Origin: Vulcanimicrobiota bacterium
GTDB taxonomy: Bacteria > Vulcanimicrobiota > Vulcanimicrobiia > Vulcanimicrobiales > Vulcanimicrobiaceae
DNA length: 64,000 bases
Direction: 5' to 3'
Assembly (NCBI GenBank): GCA_963818925.1
Contig: CAWFTN010000001.1
Span: forward strand, 3,357,104 to 3,421,103
The translations under genes were made by a program, and so were the position numbers. Of the stretch, positions 9,463-18,713 are shown piece after piece; the stretch's first letter is position 1, and every line of letters begins with the position of its first letter. A model generated the notes under the pieces. It searched no databases, was not told the origin of the DNA, and saw only the letters and a list, made by a program, of their open reading frames with translations.

Positions 9463-11847
9463 ATGATCTCCGCGAAATCTGCCGATAGCCCGCGCTTCGG
9501 TGAATTACTGCGGGAGTTACGCGTCGCTCAAGGCCTCTCTCAAGAAGAACTGGCAGAACGTGCTGCAATGAGCGTGAATGGCATCAGCGCATTGGAGCGC
9601 GGCGCGAACCAAACACCGCAACGTAAGACGTTGGAATTGCTCGTTCAAGCGCTCGATCTGTGCATTGAAGATAAACGCGCACTCGAAGCCGCTGCTATGC
9701 GCCGTTCGCGCCCGCGTCCGCTATCCCAGGAGACGCACGTCGCCGAAGGTCTTCCTAGAGCGTTGACGCCGCTCTTCGGGCGCGAAGATGACGCGCAGGC
9801 AGTGATCGAGCTGCTCAACGATAACGCGATCGTAACCTTGGCTGGATCGGGCGGAATCGGAAAGACGCGGCTTGCACTGCGCGTCGCTGAATTGCTATCC
9901 GACGATGTTCGAGGCGCCGTGCGATTCGTCGATCTCGCGCCCTCGCGCGATGCGGAATCGGTCGATTGTGCGATCTCTTCGCACGCGGATGCGATACACG
10001 GCAAGCCCGGGCTGCTCGTCGTCGATAACTGCGAACATGTCGCGTCTGCGGTCGCATCGACGATCGGCGCGACGCTTCAGCGCTATCCGGAACTGCGCGT
10101 TCTCGCAACGAGCCGGCAGTCATTGAACATCCCGGGTGAGCAACTCTATCGCGTATTGCCGCTGTCGCTGCGCGCCGCAATAGGTCTGTTCGCGGAGCGC
10201 GCGCGCCGCGTGAGCGGCGCATTCGACGTCACGAAGGAGAACCGCGACGCGATTGCACGCGTCTGCACGCGCCTCGACGGGCTAGCGCTTGCAATCGAAC
10301 TTGCGGCGGCGCGAATGAAACTCTTGACGCTCGAACAACTCGAGCACCGCCTCACCGAGCGCTTTCAATTACTGAGCGGTGGCAGCGAACTGATGCTGCC
10401 TCGCCACCAGACGATGCGTGCGACGATCGATTGGAGTTACGACTCGCTGAGCGTGCGCGAACAGCACACGCTCTCGGCGCTTGCGGTGTTTCCAGCAAGT
10501 TTTTCGTTGGACGGTGCTCTCGCCGTGTGCGCGAATCTGTCAGCGGGCGAATGGACGGTTCTGGACTCGATTCAGTCGCTCGTCGATAAATCGCTGCTCA
10601 ACCGCGGCGTTGCGGGCGATCTCAGGCGGTATCGCATGCTCGAAACGACGCGAGCGTACGTCGCCGAACGGTCGTCCGACCGCGCCGAAACGCAGCGATT
10701 ACGCAACCGGCATCTTCATTATTATGCGAGCGTGGCTCGCGAAGCCAAAGCCGCGCTGTCTTCAACGACGTCGACGGCCGCATGGGCGCGCGCACTCGAG
10801 CCCGATTTCGAAAACTTCCTATCCGCGGTGGATTGGGCGTTTGCGGAGGGCCGCGACGAGGCCGCCGGCGCGAGCATCCTTTGCGGACTCCAAGAATTTT
10901 GGATCGTGCAGGGCTTCGCTGCGGAAGCGACGCGACGCGCCCAAGATGCGCTGCAATCCGATTGGGAGTTGCCGCAGATGGTGCGCGCGCAACTATGGCT
11001 GACGCTCGCGCGCATGCGTCAAGAACTCTTCGTTCATCCTGAACAGACCCTCGAAGCGGCGCGCCGCGCCGAAACGCTGTTCGAGGGAACGGGCGAGCGC
11101 GACGGCCTTGCACTGGCTCTGCGGCAGCAAGCCGCCGCGCACATGCGGCTTGGAAGGTTCGATAATGCGCGCTCCGAGTTCGAACGCTCCATCGAAATCT
11201 ACCGCGAGCTCGGCGATCAGCGCATGGTTGCGCGCGGTCTTGGCTACATCGCGAGTCTCTGGCAAGTGCAAGGTTTTTACGAGCGAGCGCGCAGCACGTT
11301 GCTCGACGTTCTCGATCTCGCGCGCATGATGGGTGACGATCGCATGGTACCGACGGTCGCGATGAATCTCGCCGAAACGGAGTTCGCGCTGGGCGACGCC
11401 GAAAGCGCGGCGACGCGGGGAAGCGAGAATCTCTCCAGCGACGTGCTGCACAAAAGCGCCGATATGCTAGCAACCCAGGAGTCAAATCTTTCTGCGTATC
11501 TTCTCGCACTCGGCCGAACCGTGGAAGCGCGCGAGATGGCACTGGCGGCGATCGACGATGCGACCGGATCGTTCCCAGCCGTTCCGTTGCAGCATTTTGC
11601 CGCGACGATCACGGACTCGCAGCCCAAGGTCGCCGCGCGTCTTCTCGGATATGTCGAAGAGGTATTCAAGGCGACGGCGTTCTCGCGCGAACATACCGAA
11701 CAGTACAGTTATAAGCGGCTCATGGCGGCGCTGCGCGAGGTGTTGGACGACCGGTGCATTGCGTCGTGTCTGCGCGAAGGCGCGCTCATGAACGCAGAGC
11801 AGATCTTGCGCATAGCGCACGAGACCGTCCACGATTCGTGTGAGTAG
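9463..11847 (+). CDS. XRE-family HTH + P-loop NTPase (NB-ARC/AAA-like) + TPR repeat protein (STAND-type regulator)
   Basis: Start moved to the internal ATG at 9463 (MISAKSADSPRFGELLRELRVAQGLSQEELAERA = HTH_XRE). Walker A LAGSGGIGKTRLAL, then hhhhD Walker-B-like LLVVDNCEH, then TPR-like helices to the C-terminus. The upstream 9148-9462 part of the track ORF has no coding signature. Confidence 0.7.
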   Translation: MISAKSADSPRFGELLRELRVAQGLSQEELAERAAMSVNGISALERGANQTPQRKTLELLVQALDLCIEDKRALEAAAMRRSRPRPLSQETHVAEGLPRALTPLFGREDDAQAVIELLNDNAIVTLAGSGGIGKTRLALRVAELLSDDVRGAVRFVDLAPSRDAESVDCAISSHADAIHGKPGLLVVDNCEHVASAVASTIGATLQRYPELRVLATSRQSLNIPGEQLYRVLPLSLRAAIGLFAERARRVSGAFDVTKENRDAIARVCTRLDGLALAIELAAARMKLLTLEQLEHRLTERFQLLSGGSELMLPRHQTMRATIDWSYDSLSVREQHTLSALAVFPASFSLDGALAVCANLSAGEWTVLDSIQSLVDKSLLNRGVAGDLRRYRMLETTRAYVAERSSDRAETQRLRNRHLHYYASVAREAKAALSSTTSTAAWARALEPDFENFLSAVDWAFAEGRDEAAGASILCGLQEFWIVQGFAAEATRRAQDALQSDWELPQMVRAQLWLTLARMRQELFVHPEQTLEAARRAETLFEGTGERDGLALALRQQAAAHMRLGRFDNARSEFERSIEIYRELGDQRMVARGLGYIASLWQVQGFYERARSTLLDVLDLARMMGDDRMVPTVAMNLAETEFALGDAESAATRGSENLSSDVLHKSADMLATQESNLSAYLLALGRTVEAREMALAAIDDATGSFPAVPLQHFAATITDSQPKVAARLLGYVEEVFKATAFSREHTEQYSYKRLMAALREVLDDRCIASCLREGALMNAEQILRIAHETVHDSCE

Positions 11848-11856
11848 GTCATGTGA

Positions 11857-12348
11857 GTGTTGGTGGCCGCGGATCGTTCGCTGCGGCACCATTGCGGTAT
11901 GTTACGTTCCGCAAATGTCTTCCGGGTTCGAAGTCTCGATCCCGCGACGCGCGAGCCGGCACTCCGGTTCGTCGAGTCGTGGAGTTTCGACGACGTCTAC
12001 GACCGGTTCGGATCGGTCGGTATCGGCGGCCGCGAATGGCTCACCGCCGAACTCTCGAAACGCTCGCGTCCCGCGTTGATTGCCGTCCAGGACGGTGAAG
12101 TGTTGGGATTGCTCGACTACACCTGCGCCCAAGGTGCACTGCATATCGGCATCGTGGTCGATTCAAGATTCCGGAAGTCGTCGATCGGCAAAACCCTCGT
12201 TTCTTCATTCGTGGAGGCACGAACGCCGACGCTTCCCGTCGCTGCCGAGTGCGATGCCGGAAACAGAGCCGCTGTTGCTCTGTTGGCGGCATGCGGCTTC
12301 GAGCGCGCCGGAGCCGGACCGTACGAAATCTGTTGGCGGTACGAGTGA
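11857..12348 (+). CDS. GNAT family N-acetyltransferase
   Basis: IAVQDGEVLGLLDY...IGIVVDSRFRKSSIGKTLV...ACGFERAG are acetyl-CoA binding motif A/B-like. The start may be the internal MLRSANV. Confidence 0.65.
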   Translation: MLVAADRSLRHHCGMLRSANVFRVRSLDPATREPALRFVESWSFDDVYDRFGSVGIGGREWLTAELSKRSRPALIAVQDGEVLGLLDYTCAQGALHIGIVVDSRFRKSSIGKTLVSSFVEARTPTLPVAAECDAGNRAAVALLAACGFERAGAGPYEICWRYE

Positions 12349-12360
12349 AAGGAAAAGATC

Positions 12361-12615
12361 ATGCCTCTCTACATGGATATCCACAACAAAGTTGACGGTC
12401 TAACGGCGAATGCGGTCATGCACGCGCACGAAGCCGACGTGCAAGTCCAGGATAAGTACGGCGTCGAGTATTTGAAGTATTGGTTCGACGAAGGCAGCGG
12501 CAAAGTGTTTTGTCTTGTCGACGCACCGAACCGCGAAGCCGCGGCAGCGGTACACCGCGAAGCGCACGGCCTCGAAGCAGACGAGATCGTCGAGGTGCGT
12601 GAAGGCGCGGCGTAA
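12361..12615 (+). CDS. DUF4242 domain protein
   Basis: 84 aa MPLYMDIHNKVDGLTANAVMHAHEADVQVQDKYGVEYLKYWFDEGSGKVFCLVDAPNREAAAAVHREAHG. Strong resemblance to the DUF4242 family. Confidence 0.65.
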   Translation: MPLYMDIHNKVDGLTANAVMHAHEADVQVQDKYGVEYLKYWFDEGSGKVFCLVDAPNREAAAAVHREAHGLEADEIVEVREGAA

Positions 12616-12616
12616 C

Positions 12617-13045
12617 CTACGCTTCCACAGGCGTTTCGCGCTTGAACTCGATTCCCGCGTCTTGGACTTCCCGATACGGCAAGAGCCAGACCATCGACTC
12701 GTCGTGCAGGTCGACGACCTGAACGCGATTGCCGAACGGATCGCGGAAGTCGCAGCGGAACGGCGGAATCAACTCGATGCCGTACTTCTTGGTCAGCTTC
12801 TCCCGCACGGCCTCGAGTTGTTCCCGATCGCGCACCATTAAGCCGAAGTGACGCGTGCGCGACGGTTGCACCCGATCGACTTCGAACATCGCCAAGAATT
12901 GATGCTCGCCGAGGCGGAAGAAGGCGTCGCCCTCGCCCTCGTCGAGCTTCTCGAGGTTGAAAACGTCTTCGTAGAAGGCAATCGCGCGCTCGATGTCATC
13001 GACTTCGATCGCGATGTGGTTGCATCCATAAACATGTACGCTCAT
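12617..13045 (-). CDS. VOC family protein (second paralog)
   Basis: NHIAIEVDDIERAIAFYEDVFNL ... DPFGNRVQVVD. Confidence 0.8.
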   Translation of the reverse strand: MSVHVYGCNHIAIEVDDIERAIAFYEDVFNLEKLDEGEGDAFFRLGEHQFLAMFEVDRVQPSRTRHFGLMVRDREQLEAVREKLTKKYGIELIPPFRCDFRDPFGNRVQVVDLHDESMVWLLPYREVQDAGIEFKRETPVEA

Positions 13046-13079
13046 ACATGTGAGCGTACACCCTCAACCGCGCTTGAGG

Positions 13080-16000
13080 TCAAGGTGACGGCTCCTGCGC
13101 GATCGACGGAACCGCTTGTAAGCCGCTCTTCACGAGGTCGCCGTTCAACGTCGAAATCGAACGCGCGTAGTCGTTGTACGCGGCGCGCGCGCTTCGATAT
13201 TCGGTCTCGATCCGCGCATAGAATTGCGCGGCGGCCGGCGTGACGATCGCCTGGACCGGGAACGACTGCAGCGACGTCAGCGCTCCGTCGATGTTTTCGC
13301 GGAGCGAGCCGGGACGCGAGACGGAATCTTCGCCGTTCGTATAGTTCGCGGTGAGGCGAGCCATGACATAAGCGCGCGCTTGCCGCGCCCGCGCGAGTGC
13401 GGCTTGGGCTGCAGCGCTCGACGCCGCCGGCTCGCGTTCGAGGGCGTCGCCGATCGTATCAAGGTTATTCAACATCACGTCGACGCTGGAATACAGACGA
13501 TTCAGCTTGGCAAATGCATCGTAGCTTTGCTGCATCTGTGCGAGTGTCATCGTCGCCTGCGGATCGGGTTTGACGGTGAACGGTTGCTGGAACGTGCGTC
13601 CGTTCAAGGTTATCCGCGCGATATAGCGTCCGGGAACGACGGCCGGTCCGTCGTCCGGTCCTTTGAGATGCGGATTGGCAGCACCGTTCCATTTCACCGG
13701 CGGAGCAGCGGTGAAATTCCAAACGATGCGATTGAGTCCGGCCGTATTCGTGCCGGGCAGGATACGCACGAGGTGACCAGCACGATCGAGGATCGAGACC
13801 TCCGGTTTTTGCGCTTGCTGAGCCGATTGATAGTACGAAATCGGCACGCCGTACGGCGGATTGGCCGCCGCGTATTGTGTGTAGAGGCCTTCGTAATTGT
13901 TCGTGAGATTGTATTCGTAGGACGTGCGCGGCGCGAAGAGCATCGCACCCGCGCGAACGGCTTGCGGCAGGTCTTGGAGCGGACGAAGGTCATCGAACAC
14001 CCAGATCGAGCGGCCGTGCGTCGCGATGACAAGATCGTTGAAGTGCGGTTGGATCCGTATGTCGCGCACGGAGACGGCGGGCATGTTGTTTCGCAGGCTC
14101 TGCCAGTGCGAGCCCCGATCGTACGAAATCCACATGCCTTGCTCGGTGCCGAGATAGACCACCGCTGGATTGCGAGTGTCGGGACGAATTGCGCGCGTCC
14201 ACAAACCTTGCGGCAAACCGGCCGCGATCGATTGCCAGTGCGCGCCGTAATCATGTGTCACCCAGACGTGCGGTGCGCCGTCACCCATGAGGTGCGCGTC
14301 TTCAACCGTATACGCCGTGCCGCGCTCGAGCGCAGACGGCGCGACCGTCTCGAAGCGCCCGTTTGCATCGGCGTCGCGCGGCGTCACGTTCTTCCAGTGT
14401 GTGCCGCCGTCGCGCGTCACTTGGACGTAGCCGTCGTCCGTCCCGACCCAGATCTCTCCGCGCGAGAGCGGCGAGCCTTCGATATCGAGAAGCGTATCCG
14501 TATACTCGGCGCCCGTGACATCATGCGTGATCGGACCGCCGGCCGGTGCTTGATGTGCTTTGTCGTTGCGCGTCAGATCGGGGCTGATTGGGCGCCAGTG
14601 ATAGCCGCCGTCAGTCGATTGAAAAACGACGTTTCCGCCGAACCACGCAACGTGCGCGTTCCAAGGCGCAAATCCAAGCGGAGACTCCCAATTGAAGCGG
14701 TATGGGCTCGTGGCGATATCGTAGTCTTGCTGCACGCTCGTGAAATACGGTTGCGTGTATGTGTATTCGCGCGAGCGCCGCTTGAAGATGAAGAGCGCCC
14801 CGTCTTGTCCGTCGGACCATATCTCGTTCGCGTTCGCAGGATTGGGAATCGCCCACTGTCCGTCGTCGTCTTGCACCACGGCATACCACGACGCGTTGCT
14901 ATTGCCCGAAACGTCGAGCGAGTTCGACGTACCGCAGTACGAGTTGTTGTCTTGCAATCCGCCGCAGATCGTGTACGGATTATCGTTGCCCAAACCCACG
15001 CGATAAAACTGTCCGACCGGCACGTTTGCCCAAAACGCCCACGTGGCGCCGGAGTCGACACTCAGCGCATAGCCCCCGTCCTCGCCGACGATGATGCGCT
15101 TCGCGTCATTCGGCGCGATCCAAATCGAGTGGAAATCGCCGTGCACGTTGCGCGCGATCGCTTTGAATGTTCTTCCGCCGTCTTTGCTTTCCGCGACTTC
15201 CGTCGACGCCGTGTAGACGTGATCCGGATTGCTCGGATCGACTTCGATATGCGAGAAATAAAATGGGCGTTGGTCGACGAGTGTATTCGAACTCACGAGC
15301 GCCCAGGTCGTGCCGCCGTCGTCGGAACGCCAGAGAATACCGTGCTTCGATTCGATGAGCACGTAGATGCGATGCGGATCGCTGGGTGCGACGGCGAGTC
15401 CGATGCGGCCGGTGATTCCTTCGGGCAGACCACCGCCGGTAAGGCGCTTCCAGGTTCGGCCGCCGTCCGTCGAACGGTAGAGCCCGTCGCGATCGCCGCC
15501 GCTGTGAAACGTCCACGGCCGCCGTTGAAATTCCCACACGCCGGCGTAGATCACATTCGGCGTTCGCGGATTCATCGCGAGGTCGGAGACGCCGCTGATC
15601 GGGCCGACGTCGAGCGTTTTGCTCCACGTCGTCCCGCCGTCGAACGTTACGTAGGCGCCGCGGTCGGATGAATCTGCGAAGACGTCACCGAGCGCACCGA
15701 CGATCACATGCTGCGGATTGCTGGGATCGATCAAAATGCGAGAAATATACTTTGTATCGCGCAGGCCGGCGTTCGTCCACGTTTTACCGCCGTCGATCGT
15801 CTTATAGAGGCCGTCACCATAGCTGACGTCATTGCGAGGATTCGATTCTCCGGTGCCGGCCCAAACGGTATCGTCGTTTGCCGGATCTATTGCAACCGCG
15901 CCGATCGCACCGACGCTTTCTTTGTCGAATACCGGCGTCCACGCGGCGCCCCCGTCCGTACTCTTCCAGACGCCGCCGCCGGCTGCGCCGAGATAGTACA

Positions 16001-16175
16001 GATTCGGATCGTGTGCCGATCCGGTGACACTCGTGACGCGGCCGCCGGCAATGGCCGGACCCGTTTCACGCCAAAGGAGGTTTGCGGTGGGAAGCTCTGC
16101 GGCGCGCGCGGCGGGGGTAAGAAGCGCGACTAATGCAACGACGGCAACAAGCGATCGAATCATAACGGTAGGCAT
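13080..16175 (-). CDS. Secreted BNR/Asp-box repeat beta-propeller protein (sortilin/VPS10-like, photosystem-II-stability-factor-like repeats)
   Basis: 1031 aa. Signal peptide LVAVVALVALLTPAARA. Many S/TxDxGxTW Asp-box repeats (KSTDGGAAWT, KTIDGGKTWT, TFDGGTTWS, RSTDGGRTWK, RSDDGGTTWA, STDGGYHW...). Confidence 0.75.
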   Translation of the reverse strand: MPTVMIRSLVAVVALVALLTPAARAAELPTANLLWRETGPAIAGGRVTSVTGSAHDPNLYYLGAAGGGVWKSTDGGAAWTPVFDKESVGAIGAVAIDPANDDTVWAGTGESNPRNDVSYGDGLYKTIDGGKTWTNAGLRDTKYISRILIDPSNPQHVIVGALGDVFADSSDRGAYVTFDGGTTWSKTLDVGPISGVSDLAMNPRTPNVIYAGVWEFQRRPWTFHSGGDRDGLYRSTDGGRTWKRLTGGGLPEGITGRIGLAVAPSDPHRIYVLIESKHGILWRSDDGGTTWALVSSNTLVDQRPFYFSHIEVDPSNPDHVYTASTEVAESKDGGRTFKAIARNVHGDFHSIWIAPNDAKRIIVGEDGGYALSVDSGATWAFWANVPVGQFYRVGLGNDNPYTICGGLQDNNSYCGTSNSLDVSGNSNASWYAVVQDDDGQWAIPNPANANEIWSDGQDGALFIFKRRSREYTYTQPYFTSVQQDYDIATSPYRFNWESPLGFAPWNAHVAWFGGNVVFQSTDGGYHWRPISPDLTRNDKAHQAPAGGPITHDVTGAEYTDTLLDIEGSPLSRGEIWVGTDDGYVQVTRDGGTHWKNVTPRDADANGRFETVAPSALERGTAYTVEDAHLMGDGAPHVWVTHDYGAHWQSIAAGLPQGLWTRAIRPDTRNPAVVYLGTEQGMWISYDRGSHWQSLRNNMPAVSVRDIRIQPHFNDLVIATHGRSIWVFDDLRPLQDLPQAVRAGAMLFAPRTSYEYNLTNNYEGLYTQYAAANPPYGVPISYYQSAQQAQKPEVSILDRAGHLVRILPGTNTAGLNRIVWNFTAAPPVKWNGAANPHLKGPDDGPAVVPGRYIARITLNGRTFQQPFTVKPDPQATMTLAQMQQSYDAFAKLNRLYSSVDVMLNNLDTIGDALEREPAASSAAAQAALARARQARAYVMARLTANYTNGEDSVSRPGSLRENIDGALTSLQSFPVQAIVTPAAAQFYARIETEYRSARAAYNDYARSISTLNGDLVKSGLQAVPSIAQEPSP

Positions 16176-16201
16176 TACCGTCGATGAAAACGATCACCTC
16201 G

Positions 16202-16474
16202 TCACGTGTTATTCAGCGCGTTCATAATGGCGCGTTCGACGTCGTCCGGGTCGGGCAACGTGGACCACTGGAAAAATGCGTCGTTGTCTTGCACGACGTC
16301 TTCGACAGGCAGCGGCAGCGGATCGGGAAAGTCGGGTTTGAGTAGTTGAAGCGCGTCGAGGACGTCCATCCCATCGACCGGCTGCTGCGATAGCGACGTC
16401 CATGACGCGCCGTCCGTATTTTTTCGGTATGTATCTAAGGCAGCACGCAGATCATCCGGCAATGAACTAGCCAC
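16202..16474 (-). CDS. Small acidic hypothetical protein, start overlaps the DUF6510 stop
   Basis: 90 aa, Asp/Pro-rich. No recognisable domain. Its position is consistent with co-transcription in the msrA-Moco-FNR operon. Confidence 0.35.
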   Translation of the reverse strand: MASSLPDDLRAALDTYRKNTDGASWTSLSQQPVDGMDVLDALQLLKPDFPDPLPLPVEDVVQDNDAFFQWSTLPDPDDVERAIMNALNNT

Positions 16475-16766
16475 CTTCGATCTCCCTTGACGTCGTCAAC
16501 TGCAGAAACTGCAGGCCGCGTAGATCCAGCCAGGTGGTACCGGACGATTTCACCACGCGCATGAGCGGGCTTTCGCAGCTGTTGCATCGCACGACAAGTC
16601 CCGGTTCCATTCCGTAGACGCGTGCCTCGGCGAATGCGGCAATCGCTCCGCATGAGACGCACTGCGTCTTCGCCGTGCTCAGTTCCAAAACGAAGATCTC
16701 TCGCATTTCGCCGGCCGCGGCATTGCCGTCGAGAAACGTTTGTGCCGTTATGTCCACGATGCTCAT
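16467..16766 (-). CDS. DUF6510-like small zinc-ribbon protein
   Basis: Internal start MSIVDITAQTFLDGNAAAGEMREIFVLELSTAKTQCVSCGAIAAF...VVRCNSCESPLMRVV contains CxxC...CxxC. Its ATG overlaps the TGA of the upstream FNR-like gene (ATGA coupling). Confidence 0.55.
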   Translation of the reverse strand: MSIVDITAQTFLDGNAAAGEMREIFVLELSTAKTQCVSCGAIAAFAEARVYGMEPGLVVRCNSCESPLMRVVKSSGTTWLDLRGLQFLQLTTSREIEGG

Positions 16767-17506
16767 CCTCCCGATGGACCGAAACGTTCGGTCTTGATGC
16801 TCGCGGGTTCGTGGCCCGCGTTGCGCAATAAATCGGCGGCCGATTCGACGAAGGGCGTCGGTCCGCACACGTAACACTGAGGCGCCACGTTCGCCGGCCA
16901 CGTGTGCGCGGCGATTGCGGCGGCATCGATGCGTCCGGGTGGAGCGGGCCAGCCGTGCGGCACTTCACGCGTGTATGCGAACGTCACGGGAACCTCGTTA
17001 CGTTCTCGTATTTCGGCGGGGTACAACACCGATTCCGGATTGCGAACCGAATAGAGTAATCGAAACGGCGCGTCGCTGCGCGCGAGCGCTCGCGTGCGAA
17101 TCATCGCCATCAATGGAACGACCCCCGAACCGCCGGCGATGAGTTGCACGGGTGCATTCTGCGCGGGACGCCACACAAACCATCCGCCGATCGGACCGCG
17201 CAATTCAAGTCGGTCGCCGGTTGCGACGGTTTGCGTCAAGTACGGCGAAACCTCACCGTCGTCGATGCGAACGACGGTAATCGCGACGCGATGAGCGTCG
17301 GGAGCGTTGGCAATCGAGTACGAACGCGCTGCAGAATAACCGTCCGGCGCGGTTAGCCGGACATCAACGTGCTGTCCGGCGACGTGACCCGGCCAGTCCG
17401 GAACGTCGAAATCGATTGTGCGAGCTGACGGCGTTTCATCGCGCACCGCGGTCACGGTGCCGACGAGCCAACTCAAACGTCGCCCCAGTACCGCTGTTCC
17501 CGCCAC
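16763..17506 (-). CDS. FAD/NAD(P)-binding oxidoreductase (ferredoxin-NADP reductase-like flavin reductase)
   Basis: RSYSIANAP (the FAD-binding RxYS motif), then GGSGVVPLMAMIR (the NAD-binding GGxGxxP motif). 247 aa. Confidence 0.75.
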   Translation of the reverse strand: MAGTAVLGRRLSWLVGTVTAVRDETPSARTIDFDVPDWPGHVAGQHVDVRLTAPDGYSAARSYSIANAPDAHRVAITVVRIDDGEVSPYLTQTVATGDRLELRGPIGGWFVWRPAQNAPVQLIAGGSGVVPLMAMIRTRALARSDAPFRLLYSVRNPESVLYPAEIRERNEVPVTFAYTREVPHGWPAPPGRIDAAAIAAHTWPANVAPQCYVCGPTPFVESAADLLRNAGHEPASIKTERFGPSGG

Positions 17507-18076
17507 GGGTCTCCGTAATTGTGGTACCCGAGACTCTCCCAGAAGCCGGGCTTATCGTTCGTCATCAAAGAGATCCCGCGAACCCACTTCGCGCTTTTCC
17601 AAAAGTACAGATGTGGAATCAGCAGACGCGCCGGTCCGCCGTGTTCCGCGGGAAGATCTTTGCCGCCGTATTTGAAGGCGATCCACGCTTTACCGTCGCG
17701 CAGATCCGCGAGCGGAACGTTCGTCGTGTAGTCTCCATACGAATGCGCGAGCGCGAAGCCGGCAGACGTTTCGACGCCGTCGAGCAGCGTGTCGAGCGAC
17801 ACGCCCTCCCACGCCGTGCCGAACTTCGACCAGCGCGTCACGCAATGAATGTCAACGGCGATCGCTTCGGATTGGTAGCGCGCGAAACGACGTCCAGTCC
17901 CATTGCTTCGATTCGCCGTTTTCATTCGCGATCGAAAATTCCCACGCGTCGAGCGAGATGCGGGGCGTGGGTCCGGCCGATAGGACCGGAAAATCTTTGG
18001 TCAGGTACTGGCCGGGCGGCAGTTTCGTCTCAGTGGTGTCACGTTTGCCCGTAAAACCACGCGATATGAGGCCCAT
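17473..18076 (-). pseudogene. Sulfite-oxidase-like molybdopterin oxidoreductase split by a single-nucleotide frameshift
   Basis: The N-terminal part (18076-17852, MGLISRGFTGKR...LPPGQYLTKDFPVLSAGPTPRISLDAWEFS...FRALPI) and the C-terminal part (17925-17473, ...AVDIHCVTRWSKFGTAWEGVSLDTLL...GGPARLLIPHLYFWKSAKWVRGI) are in different frames. An extra C in ATCC near 17890 causes the shift. It is either a real pseudogene or a homopolymer sequencing error. Confidence 0.65.
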
Positions 18077-18100
18077 TGCGTTCCCTCATTTCTGAGCGCG

Positions 18101-18613
18101 CTATGCTTTTGCGCGTTGCGGAAGCTTCCAATTCGGGCGAATGAAATGGCAGGTATAACCGTCGGGATATTTCTGCAGATAATCTTGATGCTCGGGCTCG
18201 GCTTCCCAAAAGTCACCGGCAGGCGCAACTTCCGTCACGACTTTCCCGGGCCACAGTCCGGAGGCTTCGACGTCCGCTATGGTGTCTTCCGCGATGCGGC
18301 GCTGCTCGTCGGTTGTATAAAAGATCGCTGAACGATAGCTCGTACCGCGGTCGTTGCCTTGACGATTGAGCGTCGTCGGATCGTGAAGCTGAAAGAAAAT
18401 CTCGAGCAACTGCCGGTAGCTGAGTTGCGTGGGATCGAAAACGATTTCAACTGCTTCCGCATGCGTGCCGTGATTGCGATACGTTGCGTTCGGCACGTCG
18501 CCGCCGCTGTATCCCACGCGCGTCGAGATCACGCCGGGATAGTTGCGCAGGAGTTCTTGCACGCCCCAGAAGCAACCGCCGGCGAGGATTGCGCGCTCTG
18601 TTCTTTCAGTCAT
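18101..18613 (-). CDS. msrA: Peptide methionine sulfoxide reductase MsrA
   Basis: [21 protein letters not shown]...[10 protein letters not shown] are canonical MsrA GCFWG active-site motifs. Confidence 0.9.
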   Translation of the reverse strand: MTERTERAILAGGCFWGVQELLRNYPGVISTRVGYSGGDVPNATYRNHGTHAEAVEIVFDPTQLSYRQLLEIFFQLHDPTTLNRQGNDRGTSYRSAIFYTTDEQRRIAEDTIADVEASGLWPGKVVTEVAPAGDFWEAEPEHQDYLQKYPDGYTCHFIRPNWKLPQRAKA

Positions 18614-18713
18614 GGTATCAGCCTCTGTTTTGTTCGGGGCAACTACGATTCAACGCCCGCGCTGCATCGCCCGCTAGGAAAACCGTAACCTCTCGTCGCT
18701 AAGCCGTGGAAGC

